Shown: positions 34,556-43,185 of the stretch, in pieces
Numbering within the stretch: position 1 is the stretch's first letter
Layout: the number at the start of each line of letters is the position of its first letter
Virus record (IMG/VR): IMGVR_UViG_3300045988_161046
Coordinates: 32,001-96,000 of that record
Direction: 5' to 3' (one strand)
DNA: 64,000 nt
From: a virus
Notes under the pieces: model-generated
Database searches by the model: none
Told to the model about the DNA's origin: nothing
Seen by the model: only the letters and a program-made list of their open reading frames with translations
Program-made: the position numbers and the translations under genes

Positions 34556-35845
34556 TCCGTTTACGATTTTCGGTAATGCGCCATAATAAGCGAGACGAGC
34601 CCCGCAATCCGCCCTGCGGATATCGAAAGCGTTACTCGAATGGACGCAACCGAGACCGCCGCGCGACCGGGCGCCGGAATAGCCACCCCAGATACAGAGC
34701 TGCCCAACAGGCTTATTATTGCCGTCATAGCACCAATACTTATCTCCCCAACGGCTACCAGAGCCACCTCCACCTTGTGAAGGAATGAGGTCGAAATGTT
34801 CACCAATCGCCATCTTTGCTATCCACATTTCTTGACTTCCCAATCGTTGAATAGTACGATATGTTCCTGTAGGATGGCTAATAAGTTCCGCATCGGTCGG
34901 CAGTCGATTACCTTCGTATATAAACGCCTCTAGTCCAGTCTGTCCTTCATTGTTTACATTACCGAAATAGATACCTTGTCTCATTTCCCATTGCCAGTTG
35001 TACCAGTCCTCGACACCAAAGAGAGATACACGACAAGCATTCGGTGCATTAGTTAACGTGATAGGTATCTTACCGCAACTATCTCCAAGTGATATTGTTG
35101 CACCCGTCTTCAACTGAGAAACTCCACCCCAGTTGTCTGCCCATTCACCTTCACCGCCAACACCATTTCCGATATTAGCTTGTACGTTAGGATTGCCATA
35201 CTCGGATAGGTTTGTCATCATTCCCCATTGACCATGCTCGTAGCAAGTGATACCATAATCCTTACCATTGTTTCTAGCGAGATTCCAGAAATCACGGATA
35301 AATCTGCTTCCTGATACATCAATGTTCTTACCGCTACGAGAATGAAGAGCATTACCAGCAACACTACCCATGTATGCACCAATCATCGGATGCTCGATAT
35401 AATAGCCACCAATAGGATATTGTGACTGCCATACAACATTGCATCCCATTGATGCATCATACTTAACGACAAAATAAAGGCGTGGAGCTACCACGAATAC
35501 ATCACCTTTCGATTCATCAACGGTCGTACCATCCGCAAAAATCGAACTATTGATAGATGATAGTTTTGCCATCTTCTCACCTCCAGTCTTCACAAGGTAG
35601 CGACCGATAGCTCTCTTGTACTCTTCCCATAAGGAGAGATTACCTATTCTTCCCCAATTTTGACTATCTTCGTCTTGTTTGATAGGTGTACCCCACGCTA
35701 TCAGAGCCAAATCAAGTTGATTAGTCTGAATAGAGTTAGCCAAATCAGACAGCTTGATACGTCTGAGCGAGCCACCAACCTCTATCAATAAAGTATCACC
35801 CTTAACCATTGATGATACCAATGCTACTGTTGCAAGATTTTTCAT
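34544..35845 (-). CDS. DGR target protein (C-type-lectin-fold-like variable C-terminus), receptor-binding candidate
   Basis: VR covers the last ~40 codons: 'QLCIWGGYSGARSRGGLGCVHSSNAFDIRRADCGARLAYY'. Confidence 0.8.
   Translation of the reverse strand: MKNLATVALVSSMVKGDTLLIEVGGSLRRIKLSDLANSIQTNQLDLALIAWGTPIKQDEDSQNWGRIGNLSLWEEYKRAIGRYLVKTGGEKMAKLSSINSSIFADGTTVDESKGDVFVVAPRLYFVVKYDASMGCNVVWQSQYPIGGYYIEHPMIGAYMGSVAGNALHSRSGKNIDVSGSRFIRDFWNLARNNGKDYGITCYEHGQWGMMTNLSEYGNPNVQANIGNGVGGEGEWADNWGGVSQLKTGATISLGDSCGKIPITLTNAPNACRVSLFGVEDWYNWQWEMRQGIYFGNVNNEGQTGLEAFIYEGNRLPTDAELISHPTGTYRTIQRLGSQEMWIAKMAIGEHFDLIPSQGGGGSGSRWGDKYWCYDGNNKPVGQLCIWGGYSGARSRGGLGCVHSSNAFDIRRADCGARLAYYGALPKIVNGADL
34584..34702 (-). 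repeat. DGR variable repeat (VR)
   Basis: See TR; 11 T>C, 4 T>G and 3 T>A differences on the plus strand relative to TR. Confidence 0.9.
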
Positions 35846-35870
35846 ATTTTGCTATTTTTATGTTACTAAA

Positions 35871-37076
35871 TCAGTTACCAATTAAGTATTCTCCGTTCTC
35901 ATCAACGAGGGGTTCAGAACCATCAGAGAAGAAGTCGAAGCTCGGCTTGTATTCAGCATCACATCTTATCTCCAACTCATCATCAGCAGTTTCGCCTAAA
36001 CCAGTATCAGAGATATTGAAGATTGCCGTATCGCCCTCTTGCCATTGCCTTGTAGTTGTAGCACCGCCATTTTCGGCAATAGTGCTCCAATTGAGTTTGA
36101 GGACATTAGCAGGGCAGTCCACGATGTTACCCTCTGAATTGACTAGAGCAATCTGTTGTCGGTTGTCAACTCCAGGAGATATGTCTACGTTCTGTCCTGC
36201 CGATACGCTATACTTCGGATAGGTTCGGGAGACAGATATTTGCTTGTTGCATACTTCCGTATCGCCCACAAATGCCCTAATTACGTATAATGCCGAATTA
36301 ATCAGTCTTAAATCAAGTGCGATGTAACTTGTGTTGATTGCTGCCACCTCATTCATTCCTACGCTTATCTGTGTCATCGAAGAACCGCTCATCTTGTAGA
36401 GCTTGATAGTGTAGCCAGAAGTAATACTCTTTGCGCCCTTGTAGATGTGGAGAGGAATATTTCTCAGATAAGCCTTCTCATCAATGCAAGCGTTCCTAAC
36501 AGCATCGGATGCAGCTATCATTCCATGAGCTACCTTGTAGTCGTACAGAAGCAATCTATCTAACATCGGATTGTAGATGATAGTCTCATCATCATCAATA
36601 GCCATTGAATAGGCATCATCGCTCTTTGCAACCGTGTTCAGAACTACCTCATCTGTAAGGATAGGAACATTGATTTTGGTTCGATAGTCAACGATGTCAG
36701 CCTTGAACCTCAGAGCAAATCGTTCTGTTACTGCTACATTACGGAATATGGTAAGGTCTCCACGTGTAGCACCATCCTGATTAATTGAGTAATCCGATGC
36801 AGCCCATACATTGCTTATATCCTCGCCGTTGACAAGCCACACCATGTTGGCAAGTACCGCATTTGCTTGCTGATACTTCCACGTTCCATCGCTTGCATAA
36901 GCTGTGATGTCTGGGTGTAACACACAAGGTGTGTTGGCTCGGTTCGGCTCGAAGCTACTATTAACCACGTTCCACACTTGCGTTGTAGGAGAGCCGCCCG
37001 ACACACATACGATTGATTTTGCCGTATTGAGAGGTGCAAAAGACCTTCTTATTCTTACTGCGTTGTTTGTTGCCAT
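35871..37076 (-). CDS. virion (tail/fibre module) protein
   Basis: 401 aa, beta-rich, N/S/T-rich; assigned by position only. Confidence 0.4.
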   Translation of the reverse strand: MATNNAVRIRRSFAPLNTAKSIVCVSGGSPTTQVWNVVNSSFEPNRANTPCVLHPDITAYASDGTWKYQQANAVLANMVWLVNGEDISNVWAASDYSINQDGATRGDLTIFRNVAVTERFALRFKADIVDYRTKINVPILTDEVVLNTVAKSDDAYSMAIDDDETIIYNPMLDRLLLYDYKVAHGMIAASDAVRNACIDEKAYLRNIPLHIYKGAKSITSGYTIKLYKMSGSSMTQISVGMNEVAAINTSYIALDLRLINSALYVIRAFVGDTEVCNKQISVSRTYPKYSVSAGQNVDISPGVDNRQQIALVNSEGNIVDCPANVLKLNWSTIAENGGATTTRQWQEGDTAIFNISDTGLGETADDELEIRCDAEYKPSFDFFSDGSEPLVDENGEYLIGN

Positions 37077-37093
37077 AATTGTTTCCTCCTATT

Positions 37094-38104
37094 TTACCAG
37101 GTTGCCGTAAACATAACATAAGCATCATGCTCTGTACCGCCATAGTCGCTCTCAGATTTTGCGATTGTGATAACGTTAGAATTTACTTCCTTGATAAGCT
37201 CATTATTGTCCTTGTAGGCTTTAGCGTTCCACGAAACATTTGTTGGCGTTACAATAGCATTTGTTCTTGTATTCTTGATACTTCCTGTTATCGTTGCAGC
37301 CTTATCGCCTATAAGGTTTGAAACTTCACCGACAATTACGTATTCGTCCGCGTTATCAGTCATTACCTTACCAGCTCTGAAACAAGCATTCTGAGCATCC
37401 TTGTGGTAGAACTCGCAAGTAATGAGGGTAGAACCGTTCACCATATCACGAGTAACCGTGAGGGTCTTATCACTTCCAAGTACTTTACCTGCCGAGTTCT
37501 TCCACTTAACTGAGAAGTCGGTAAGTTCCGTTGTGGATAACCACAATCTTGCCGAGAGTGTAGCCGTATTCTCATTCTGAGCATCTGTCAGTATCGAGCG
37601 GTTGGCGGTTATCCATCCCATGTATGAGTTATTGCCCATAGGTTGTATGAGAATCGTAACGAATCCACTAACGTCCTGAGTGCTGCTGTCACCTATTGTG
37701 GCAGTACCGCTATATGTAAGCGTATCTGAGCTTGTAGAACTGCTTGATGCAAGGTTTTTGAATATCTTCAATCTTCCGTATTCATCCATACCGAACTTTC
37801 CATCACTAGTGAGCCAAAACGTTCCACTTTTACTATCGGTAAACACAAGCAACGTATCACCATACTTCCAATGATGGTTGCTGAGAGATACGATATTACC
37901 TTTCGCACTCTTAACCACAGGAGTAAGGATAGGTCGAGCCGCATCGTCAGTCTCCCAGTTAGGGAATGGTGTAGCGTTGTCATTGTTGGCATCCACGCCT
38001 TGAAATAGAGGCTGCGAACTCTCGATTGAAATTGACAAAGAATCGTTGTTACGAACTCTTCGTACAGGTATACAACCTTGTGCTGAGTAATTAGTATTTG
38101 CCAT
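37094..38104 (-). CDS. virion (tail/fibre module) protein
   Basis: 336 aa; assigned by position only. Confidence 0.4.
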   Translation of the reverse strand: MANTNYSAQGCIPVRRVRNNDSLSISIESSQPLFQGVDANNDNATPFPNWETDDAARPILTPVVKSAKGNIVSLSNHHWKYGDTLLVFTDSKSGTFWLTSDGKFGMDEYGRLKIFKNLASSSSTSSDTLTYSGTATIGDSSTQDVSGFVTILIQPMGNNSYMGWITANRSILTDAQNENTATLSARLWLSTTELTDFSVKWKNSAGKVLGSDKTLTVTRDMVNGSTLITCEFYHKDAQNACFRAGKVMTDNADEYVIVGEVSNLIGDKAATITGSIKNTRTNAIVTPTNVSWNAKAYKDNNELIKEVNSNVITIAKSESDYGGTEHDAYVMFTATW

Positions 38105-38106
38105 CT

Positions 38107-38322
38107 TTATTCCTCCGTATTTTTAAATTGTTCCAACTCTTGCTCGGTCATAGCTTTGCCACCGATATTCTTAACACGCTCATCCAAGGTATTACCTTGA
38201 ATATTGTTGCTCATCAACACTTCCTTCTCGTTGAGAATCATCTTGCCGTGAGCAGTGATGTGGGTGTGCAGGTTGAATCCGAGACCCAAAGCCTGCACCT
38301 TGTCTAATATTACATACATCAT
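38107..38322 (-). CDS. hypothetical small protein
   Basis: 71 aa; overlaps the upstream gene end by 4 nt. Confidence 0.4.
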   Translation of the reverse strand: MMYVILDKVQALGLGFNLHTHITAHGKMILNEKEVLMSNNIQGNTLDERVKNIGGKAMTEQELEQFKNTEE

Positions 38323-40382
38323 ACGCTTATTGTTCCTTTTGCTAGTTCAACTTTATTACCCCAAAAAGCAGTGATGGTGAAGATACAGCTATTGGAATCA
38401 CCGATGTCATCTTCATCATCCGTCCACGCAATATCTATCGTTCCATCAAAGTTCTTGACCTTATCCTTATTCTGCCAAGCCGCATCATTGACAGCATCAC
38501 CACTATCACGCACGATGTTCCACGATGTAACTTGGGCTGTTATATCCTCAAAACCACGTATCACGGAACATACTACATGGTTTGTCTCTCCCTTGTCTAT
38601 CCATTCTCCTGTGCTCTGCGTGATATTGAGTGTAGCATCAAGGATGGCATTCTGCGCCTTCCAGAAATCATTACCCCTTGCAGGTTCACTCGTTACATTT
38701 GTTCCTTCTGGTGCAACACATAACCAAGTTGTTCCGTTGTGTGTCACTTGGTCGTAGTACGTGTAGGTATCTCCTTGTTTCCAATCGCCACGATAGTTTA
38801 TGGTCTTAACAATACTTCCGTCTACGTTAACTTGCTCGTAGTACTTAGTATAGAACCGCACCTTCTTCGGGCTTATCTCATATACAAGATTATCATTGCC
38901 GAGCGTGTAGCTATGAACGTTGGTATATCCTACCTCTCTAGGAGCGTTGTCACCATAGGTTTCTTTAACCACGAAGCTCATTCGGTTAGTGTTCGTGCGA
39001 TTACCCATGAGAACGATTGTGTCTCCAGCAGCAGGGTTATCACTACCTTCTGCCTTATCACTTGCAGAGATAACTATCCATGAAAATTTCTTTCCATCAT
39101 AGAGGATATTGTTGTTAGAATCCCTTATCTCCTCATTATCAGTAGACACATCAGTAATCCTGCGCCAATAGAACTTGTTCGATACATTCTCATATACGCC
39201 AGCCTTGATGTTAAAGGTCTCACATCGAACTTGGTCATCAACCTCAAACATATTTGTTGTTGCGGTTGTACCATCATCTGCTAACAGGTAGCACTTCCAA
39301 CCAGTCAGTTCATTTGTGGTCTCGTTATTAATCTCTCTCACCTCGAATATTTTACCTGCCGAAGGAGAGAAAACAAGATTGCCGCCTACATAGGTCAGTT
39401 CTCGGATAGTGAGGTTATTGAAGTACGCCTTACCCCATACTGAGAGGTCAGTAACATTCAGTCCGTACTTTCCATCCTTTCGCTTATAGAAGCCGAAACC
39501 CGACTGCATGGCATCATCGTAATCGGCAGAGTTTAGAAGGTTGATGGTTACGTTTCCGTCGGCATCTATGTAGTATTTGGTCGATTTACCTAAACGCAAG
39601 CCTTTCAGGAAGGTGATTAATCCTGCAGCCGTATCATCCTTATCCTTAGCAAGGAAATGCTTTACACCGAACTGACCGAGATAATGAGGGGTAACTACGG
39701 TATCATCGCTTGTTTCCAGAGTGCCGTTACTGTCAGCAATGCCCTTCAGTTCATGCCCACCTAAGAAAAGACTGGTTACACGGGCTACCTTTGCCGACAA
39801 TTCACTGAAAGTTGCCTTCAGAATTTCCTTCAGAAAGGTGATGGTATCTGATACGGAATTATACCGCCACCATGCGCCTTCACCACCGCTGGCTATTGCC
39901 TCGTCGGTAGCCAGTTTGCCGCATTCAAAATGCTGTTCCCATTCTCGCTTTCTGGTATTGTCGGCATCGGTCTTTACAGCAGATATGATACCGCCTGTAA
40001 AGATATAGTAATAAGCCTCATTACCTATCTGTTCACCCCCAGTTCTTGAAGCTGTTATAGCCTTTCCGTAAATATCTATCTTCTGACCAGGGAACACGAC
40101 GGTAGCCTGGTTATTATCGGTGGTAGACTGTCGTGGAATGGCGATATACACATACTTCCGTTCGCTATCAGGAAAGATAGAAGGGTAGGCAGCAAGCGTC
40201 CAGCGCTGATAGTTGTGACCGGCATCATAGCCCAAGCCGGGCACATCGCTCATATAGCAGAGAACGGAAGCACCCGATACTACACTACACTGGATGTAGT
40301 CAGGCTCTCCCATCGCATTGAGCTGGATATATAGAGCAGTGCTCGAGATCCAATAGTTTGTACTTTTTGCTTCTGTTGCCAT
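38319..40382 (-). CDS. large virion (fibre/baseplate) protein
   Basis: 687 aa; first gene after an N25 promoter module. Confidence 0.45.
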   Translation of the reverse strand: MATEAKSTNYWISSTALYIQLNAMGEPDYIQCSVVSGASVLCYMSDVPGLGYDAGHNYQRWTLAAYPSIFPDSERKYVYIAIPRQSTTDNNQATVVFPGQKIDIYGKAITASRTGGEQIGNEAYYYIFTGGIISAVKTDADNTRKREWEQHFECGKLATDEAIASGGEGAWWRYNSVSDTITFLKEILKATFSELSAKVARVTSLFLGGHELKGIADSNGTLETSDDTVVTPHYLGQFGVKHFLAKDKDDTAAGLITFLKGLRLGKSTKYYIDADGNVTINLLNSADYDDAMQSGFGFYKRKDGKYGLNVTDLSVWGKAYFNNLTIRELTYVGGNLVFSPSAGKIFEVREINNETTNELTGWKCYLLADDGTTATTNMFEVDDQVRCETFNIKAGVYENVSNKFYWRRITDVSTDNEEIRDSNNNILYDGKKFSWIVISASDKAEGSDNPAAGDTIVLMGNRTNTNRMSFVVKETYGDNAPREVGYTNVHSYTLGNDNLVYEISPKKVRFYTKYYEQVNVDGSIVKTINYRGDWKQGDTYTYYDQVTHNGTTWLCVAPEGTNVTSEPARGNDFWKAQNAILDATLNITQSTGEWIDKGETNHVVCSVIRGFEDITAQVTSWNIVRDSGDAVNDAAWQNKDKVKNFDGTIDIAWTDDEDDIGDSNSCIFTITAFWGNKVELAKGTISV

Positions 40383-40415
40383 TTTTATTGTTTGGATTTT
40401 TATTTATTTATAAGG

Positions 40416-40452
40416 CAAAGATAAAGGGTTTCGATTTTTTAGTTGGGACAAA
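40416..40452 (-). promoter_or_regulatory. N25-class promoter-like module TTTGTCCC-N21-TATCTTTG
   Basis: Minus strand TTTGTCCCAACTAAAAAATCGAAACCCTTTATCTTTG. Confidence 0.55.
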
Positions 40453-40455
40453 AAA

Positions 40456-40486
40456 CCCAGCGATGGAATCGCTGGGAACGGAGGCG
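40456..40486 (+). repeat. GAACGG-hairpin repeat copy 5
   Basis: CCCAGCGAT-GGA-ATCGCTGGG; on the minus strand it is followed by T6 (terminator-like). Confidence 0.9.
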
Positions 40487-40513
40487 AGAGGGAGACACGC
40501 AGCTCGCGCTGGG

Positions 40514-41575
40514 CTAGATGGAGGCGAAGGGGTTGCCGTTGATACCTAGAGTGGCGGTAAAGGAAACGGAATACATATTCTTGTTGGTTTCGTCCTTGAT
40601 GGTTATCTCATCTTCAAGATTGATGATACAAGGAAACCAGGCATCATTTGCTTTCAGCCATACGTGCCCAGACATCAGGAACTCATGGAGATACCACTGC
40701 TGCCATGCCTTGGTGAGCGGGTCACTCTGATAGAGCCAACTTTCACGATCATTCTGCTTATGAATAGCCGAACGGGAGAACTCATTGAAGGTTTCCTGAA
40801 TAGCTTTCGTATATTGCGTGCTCTCGACACTCATATTCTGAGAATAGGATTTCGGAACACTGATGCTCTCCATACAACCGAAGCGGTTAATGAAACGGAA
40901 GGTGGTACGGTCTTCAGCTTCAGAGGATGGCAGGGCATAGATAGGGTGTCCATGAATGCTCTGCGCACCCTCCTTCGTGATTTCCTGCTCCCTAGATACA
41001 GGGGCGGTCAGTGAGCTGCTGGTAGCTAAGTTCTGCCCTTCGCTATAGGAGACAGGATAAACAAAGCTCTCGCCTACAACGGCTATTTCGTGGGTATCAG
41101 TCGGTTTGCAGGAGAGAAGGGTGACAGCCTTCGTTACGCCCGATTTCAGGCGCTCTATATCGCTGAAGGCACCAGCTATGCAGCGAAGGTTGGTGCTTCC
41201 TCCATTCTTTGAGCCATCAGCTGGATAATAGACTTCGCCTACACCGGTATGCACCTCGCCGTTGTTATCCATATACTCATCGTAGGCTTTGATGTACCAG
41301 CTTACTACCGGATAGGTAGATGGAGTAGCAGTATACTTATAGCTATCCAGCGTAATGCGGAGAGCAGAGGATATATCGAGCGATACATCTCTTTCCTCGG
41401 TGGTAACAGGAATGGTGAGCTTATTGGTTTCGTAACTTCCCGTACCATCATCGAAATGCACCTCTACAATGACCCGATGGAAAGATGGCTTCGTAGCCAA
41501 GGAAGGGGTGATGGTAAAGGTTATCGGGTTTCCGGCAAAGACCGAACCCGATGTGAGATTGATTTTCAGTGCCAT
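40514..41575 (-). CDS. virion module protein
   Basis: 353-aa ORF. Confidence 0.45.
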   Translation of the reverse strand: MALKINLTSGSVFAGNPITFTITPSLATKPSFHRVIVEVHFDDGTGSYETNKLTIPVTTEERDVSLDISSALRITLDSYKYTATPSTYPVVSWYIKAYDEYMDNNGEVHTGVGEVYYPADGSKNGGSTNLRCIAGAFSDIERLKSGVTKAVTLLSCKPTDTHEIAVVGESFVYPVSYSEGQNLATSSSLTAPVSREQEITKEGAQSIHGHPIYALPSSEAEDRTTFRFINRFGCMESISVPKSYSQNMSVESTQYTKAIQETFNEFSRSAIHKQNDRESWLYQSDPLTKAWQQWYLHEFLMSGHVWLKANDAWFPCIINLEDEITIKDETNKNMYSVSFTATLGINGNPFASI

Positions 41576-41594
41576 AGTTATTCTTTTTTTTGAA

Positions 41595-41695
41595 GGGTAA
41601 AAAGGTAAAAGAGTAAAAAGGTAAAAAGAACCTTAACCGCTCTTTTGCCTTTTACTATTTTTTACCTTTTTACCTTTTTACTTTTTTACTTTTAA
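41595..41695. repeat. inverted pair of A-rich GGTAAAAAG repeats
   Basis: 41595-41628 faces 41648-41695; the right arm encodes the ACP C-terminal 'KVKK*'. Confidence 0.8.
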
Positions 41696-41926
41696 AATCA
41701 CAAGATTGACTACATCAGAAACGAGTTTGCAATCTTTCGCCTCTTCCGGAGTAATCTTGATGTGGAACATCATTTCCACCTGCTGGATCATATCGAGAAA
41801 ATCAATAGACTCAAGTTCTACCTCGTCACGAAGATTAGAGTGCTCTGTTACCTCGTGTTTTACCCATTCAGTTTTCACGCTGTTCACGATGGTAATAATG
41901 CGAGATGTTATTTCTTCTTTTTTCAT
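41678..41926 (-). CDS. acyl carrier protein
   Basis: 82 aa, acidic; 'ELESIDFLDMIQQVEMMF' matches the ACP DSL-helix pattern, with Ser as the phosphopantetheine site. Confidence 0.7.
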   Translation of the reverse strand: MKKEEITSRIITIVNSVKTEWVKHEVTEHSNLRDEVELESIDFLDMIQQVEMMFHIKITPEEAKDCKLVSDVVNLVILKVKK

Positions 41927-41928
41927 AA

Positions 41929-43131
41929 CTATACTTTTGAAATAATAAATGAGGAGTTTGTACCGCCAAAGCCGAAGGCATTACAGAGAATATGGTGAGG
42001 GGAGTACCACTTAGGGCGCATTACCAGGTTAAGATGAGGGAAAGCATTCTCATCGGTGGTGGCTGCATGGAACAGACGGCCATAAGCGAACATCGCTACG
42101 GCTTGCACGGCTTGAGATACGCCCGCCATCCAACACTCGTGACCCGTCATCCCTTTTGTAGCTACTACGTTCGGACAGATAGGGAAAATTCTCTCTATTG
42201 CCTTTGCCTCGGCTTCATCGCCCATCGGTGTACCCGTAGCATGAGCAAGTACTACGTCTATCATACCTTCGTCCAATCCTGCGTCCTCGATAGCATTCAG
42301 CATCGACACTTCTTCCTGATAGCTATCAGGGGTAGTGATGGCCTTGCCGTTTGAAGAGAAACCATAACCGGAAAGGGAAGCGAAGGAAGGCACCTTCTCT
42401 TCTTTCAATCGAAGACTATCCGATGGTTCGAGGATGATGCAGGCTGCACCACCAGATGGGGCGAGTCCGTTTCTATTCTTGCCAAACGGCTGCACCTTAT
42501 CGGGTGAGAAGACACGCAGCGCATCGAATGCCTCCATGCTATAAAGTGATGTCGTTTCCTGCGTACCAACAACGATAACCATCTCGGTCTGTTTGCTATC
42601 AAGAAGCATCTTGGCAAGACCGATTGCATGGCCACCTCCTGCACAGGCCGCACTTACGGTAAGTGATAGGCCATGAATACCGAGGATAGTAGCCAGGTTC
42701 ATACTGATAGCGGAATTAAGTGTTTTGAACAGAGTTCCTGTCTCCAGGTATCTATTATTGAGATCATAATCTACATGATGAACTACCTCTCTTGTTTCGT
42801 AACACTCAGAGTCGTTACTAACGATGACAGAAACATTATGGTTCTGAAGGAAATCATCGCTTATCTTTGCTTTCCTCAAAGCTTCAAAAACGGCATCAAG
42901 TGCATAAAAACCATGTAAGGGCATACTATTGAGTTGTGTCCGAGTTAACTTTTTCGAGTAATCTCCTTTCCAACCAGTCACACGACCGCACAACTCCGAA
43001 AGATAATGCTCTCTGATTTTGTCGTGATATAGTCCGCATTTGCCCTTGTAGAGGTTCATGGCTACTTCTCTTGTATTTCTACCCATGGCAGAAATAATAC
43101 CGGTTCCGGTAATCAATATCTTTTTATCCAT
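41929..43131 (-). CDS. beta-ketoacyl-ACP synthase, FabB/FabF (Cys-His-His) type
   Basis: 'SAACAGGGHAIG', 'AHATGTPMGD', 'KGMTGHECWMAG', 'NAFGFGGTNSSFII'. Confidence 0.85.
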   Translation of the reverse strand: MDKKILITGTGIISAMGRNTREVAMNLYKGKCGLYHDKIREHYLSELCGRVTGWKGDYSKKLTRTQLNSMPLHGFYALDAVFEALRKAKISDDFLQNHNVSVIVSNDSECYETREVVHHVDYDLNNRYLETGTLFKTLNSAISMNLATILGIHGLSLTVSAACAGGGHAIGLAKMLLDSKQTEMVIVVGTQETTSLYSMEAFDALRVFSPDKVQPFGKNRNGLAPSGGAACIILEPSDSLRLKEEKVPSFASLSGYGFSSNGKAITTPDSYQEEVSMLNAIEDAGLDEGMIDVVLAHATGTPMGDEAEAKAIERIFPICPNVVATKGMTGHECWMAGVSQAVQAVAMFAYGRLFHAATTDENAFPHLNLVMRPKWYSPHHILCNAFGFGGTNSSFIISKV

Positions 43132-43185
43132 TTTTATTTTCTTTTTATGTTATAAAACATATTTTCTATTTAAAAGCTTTTGCCC

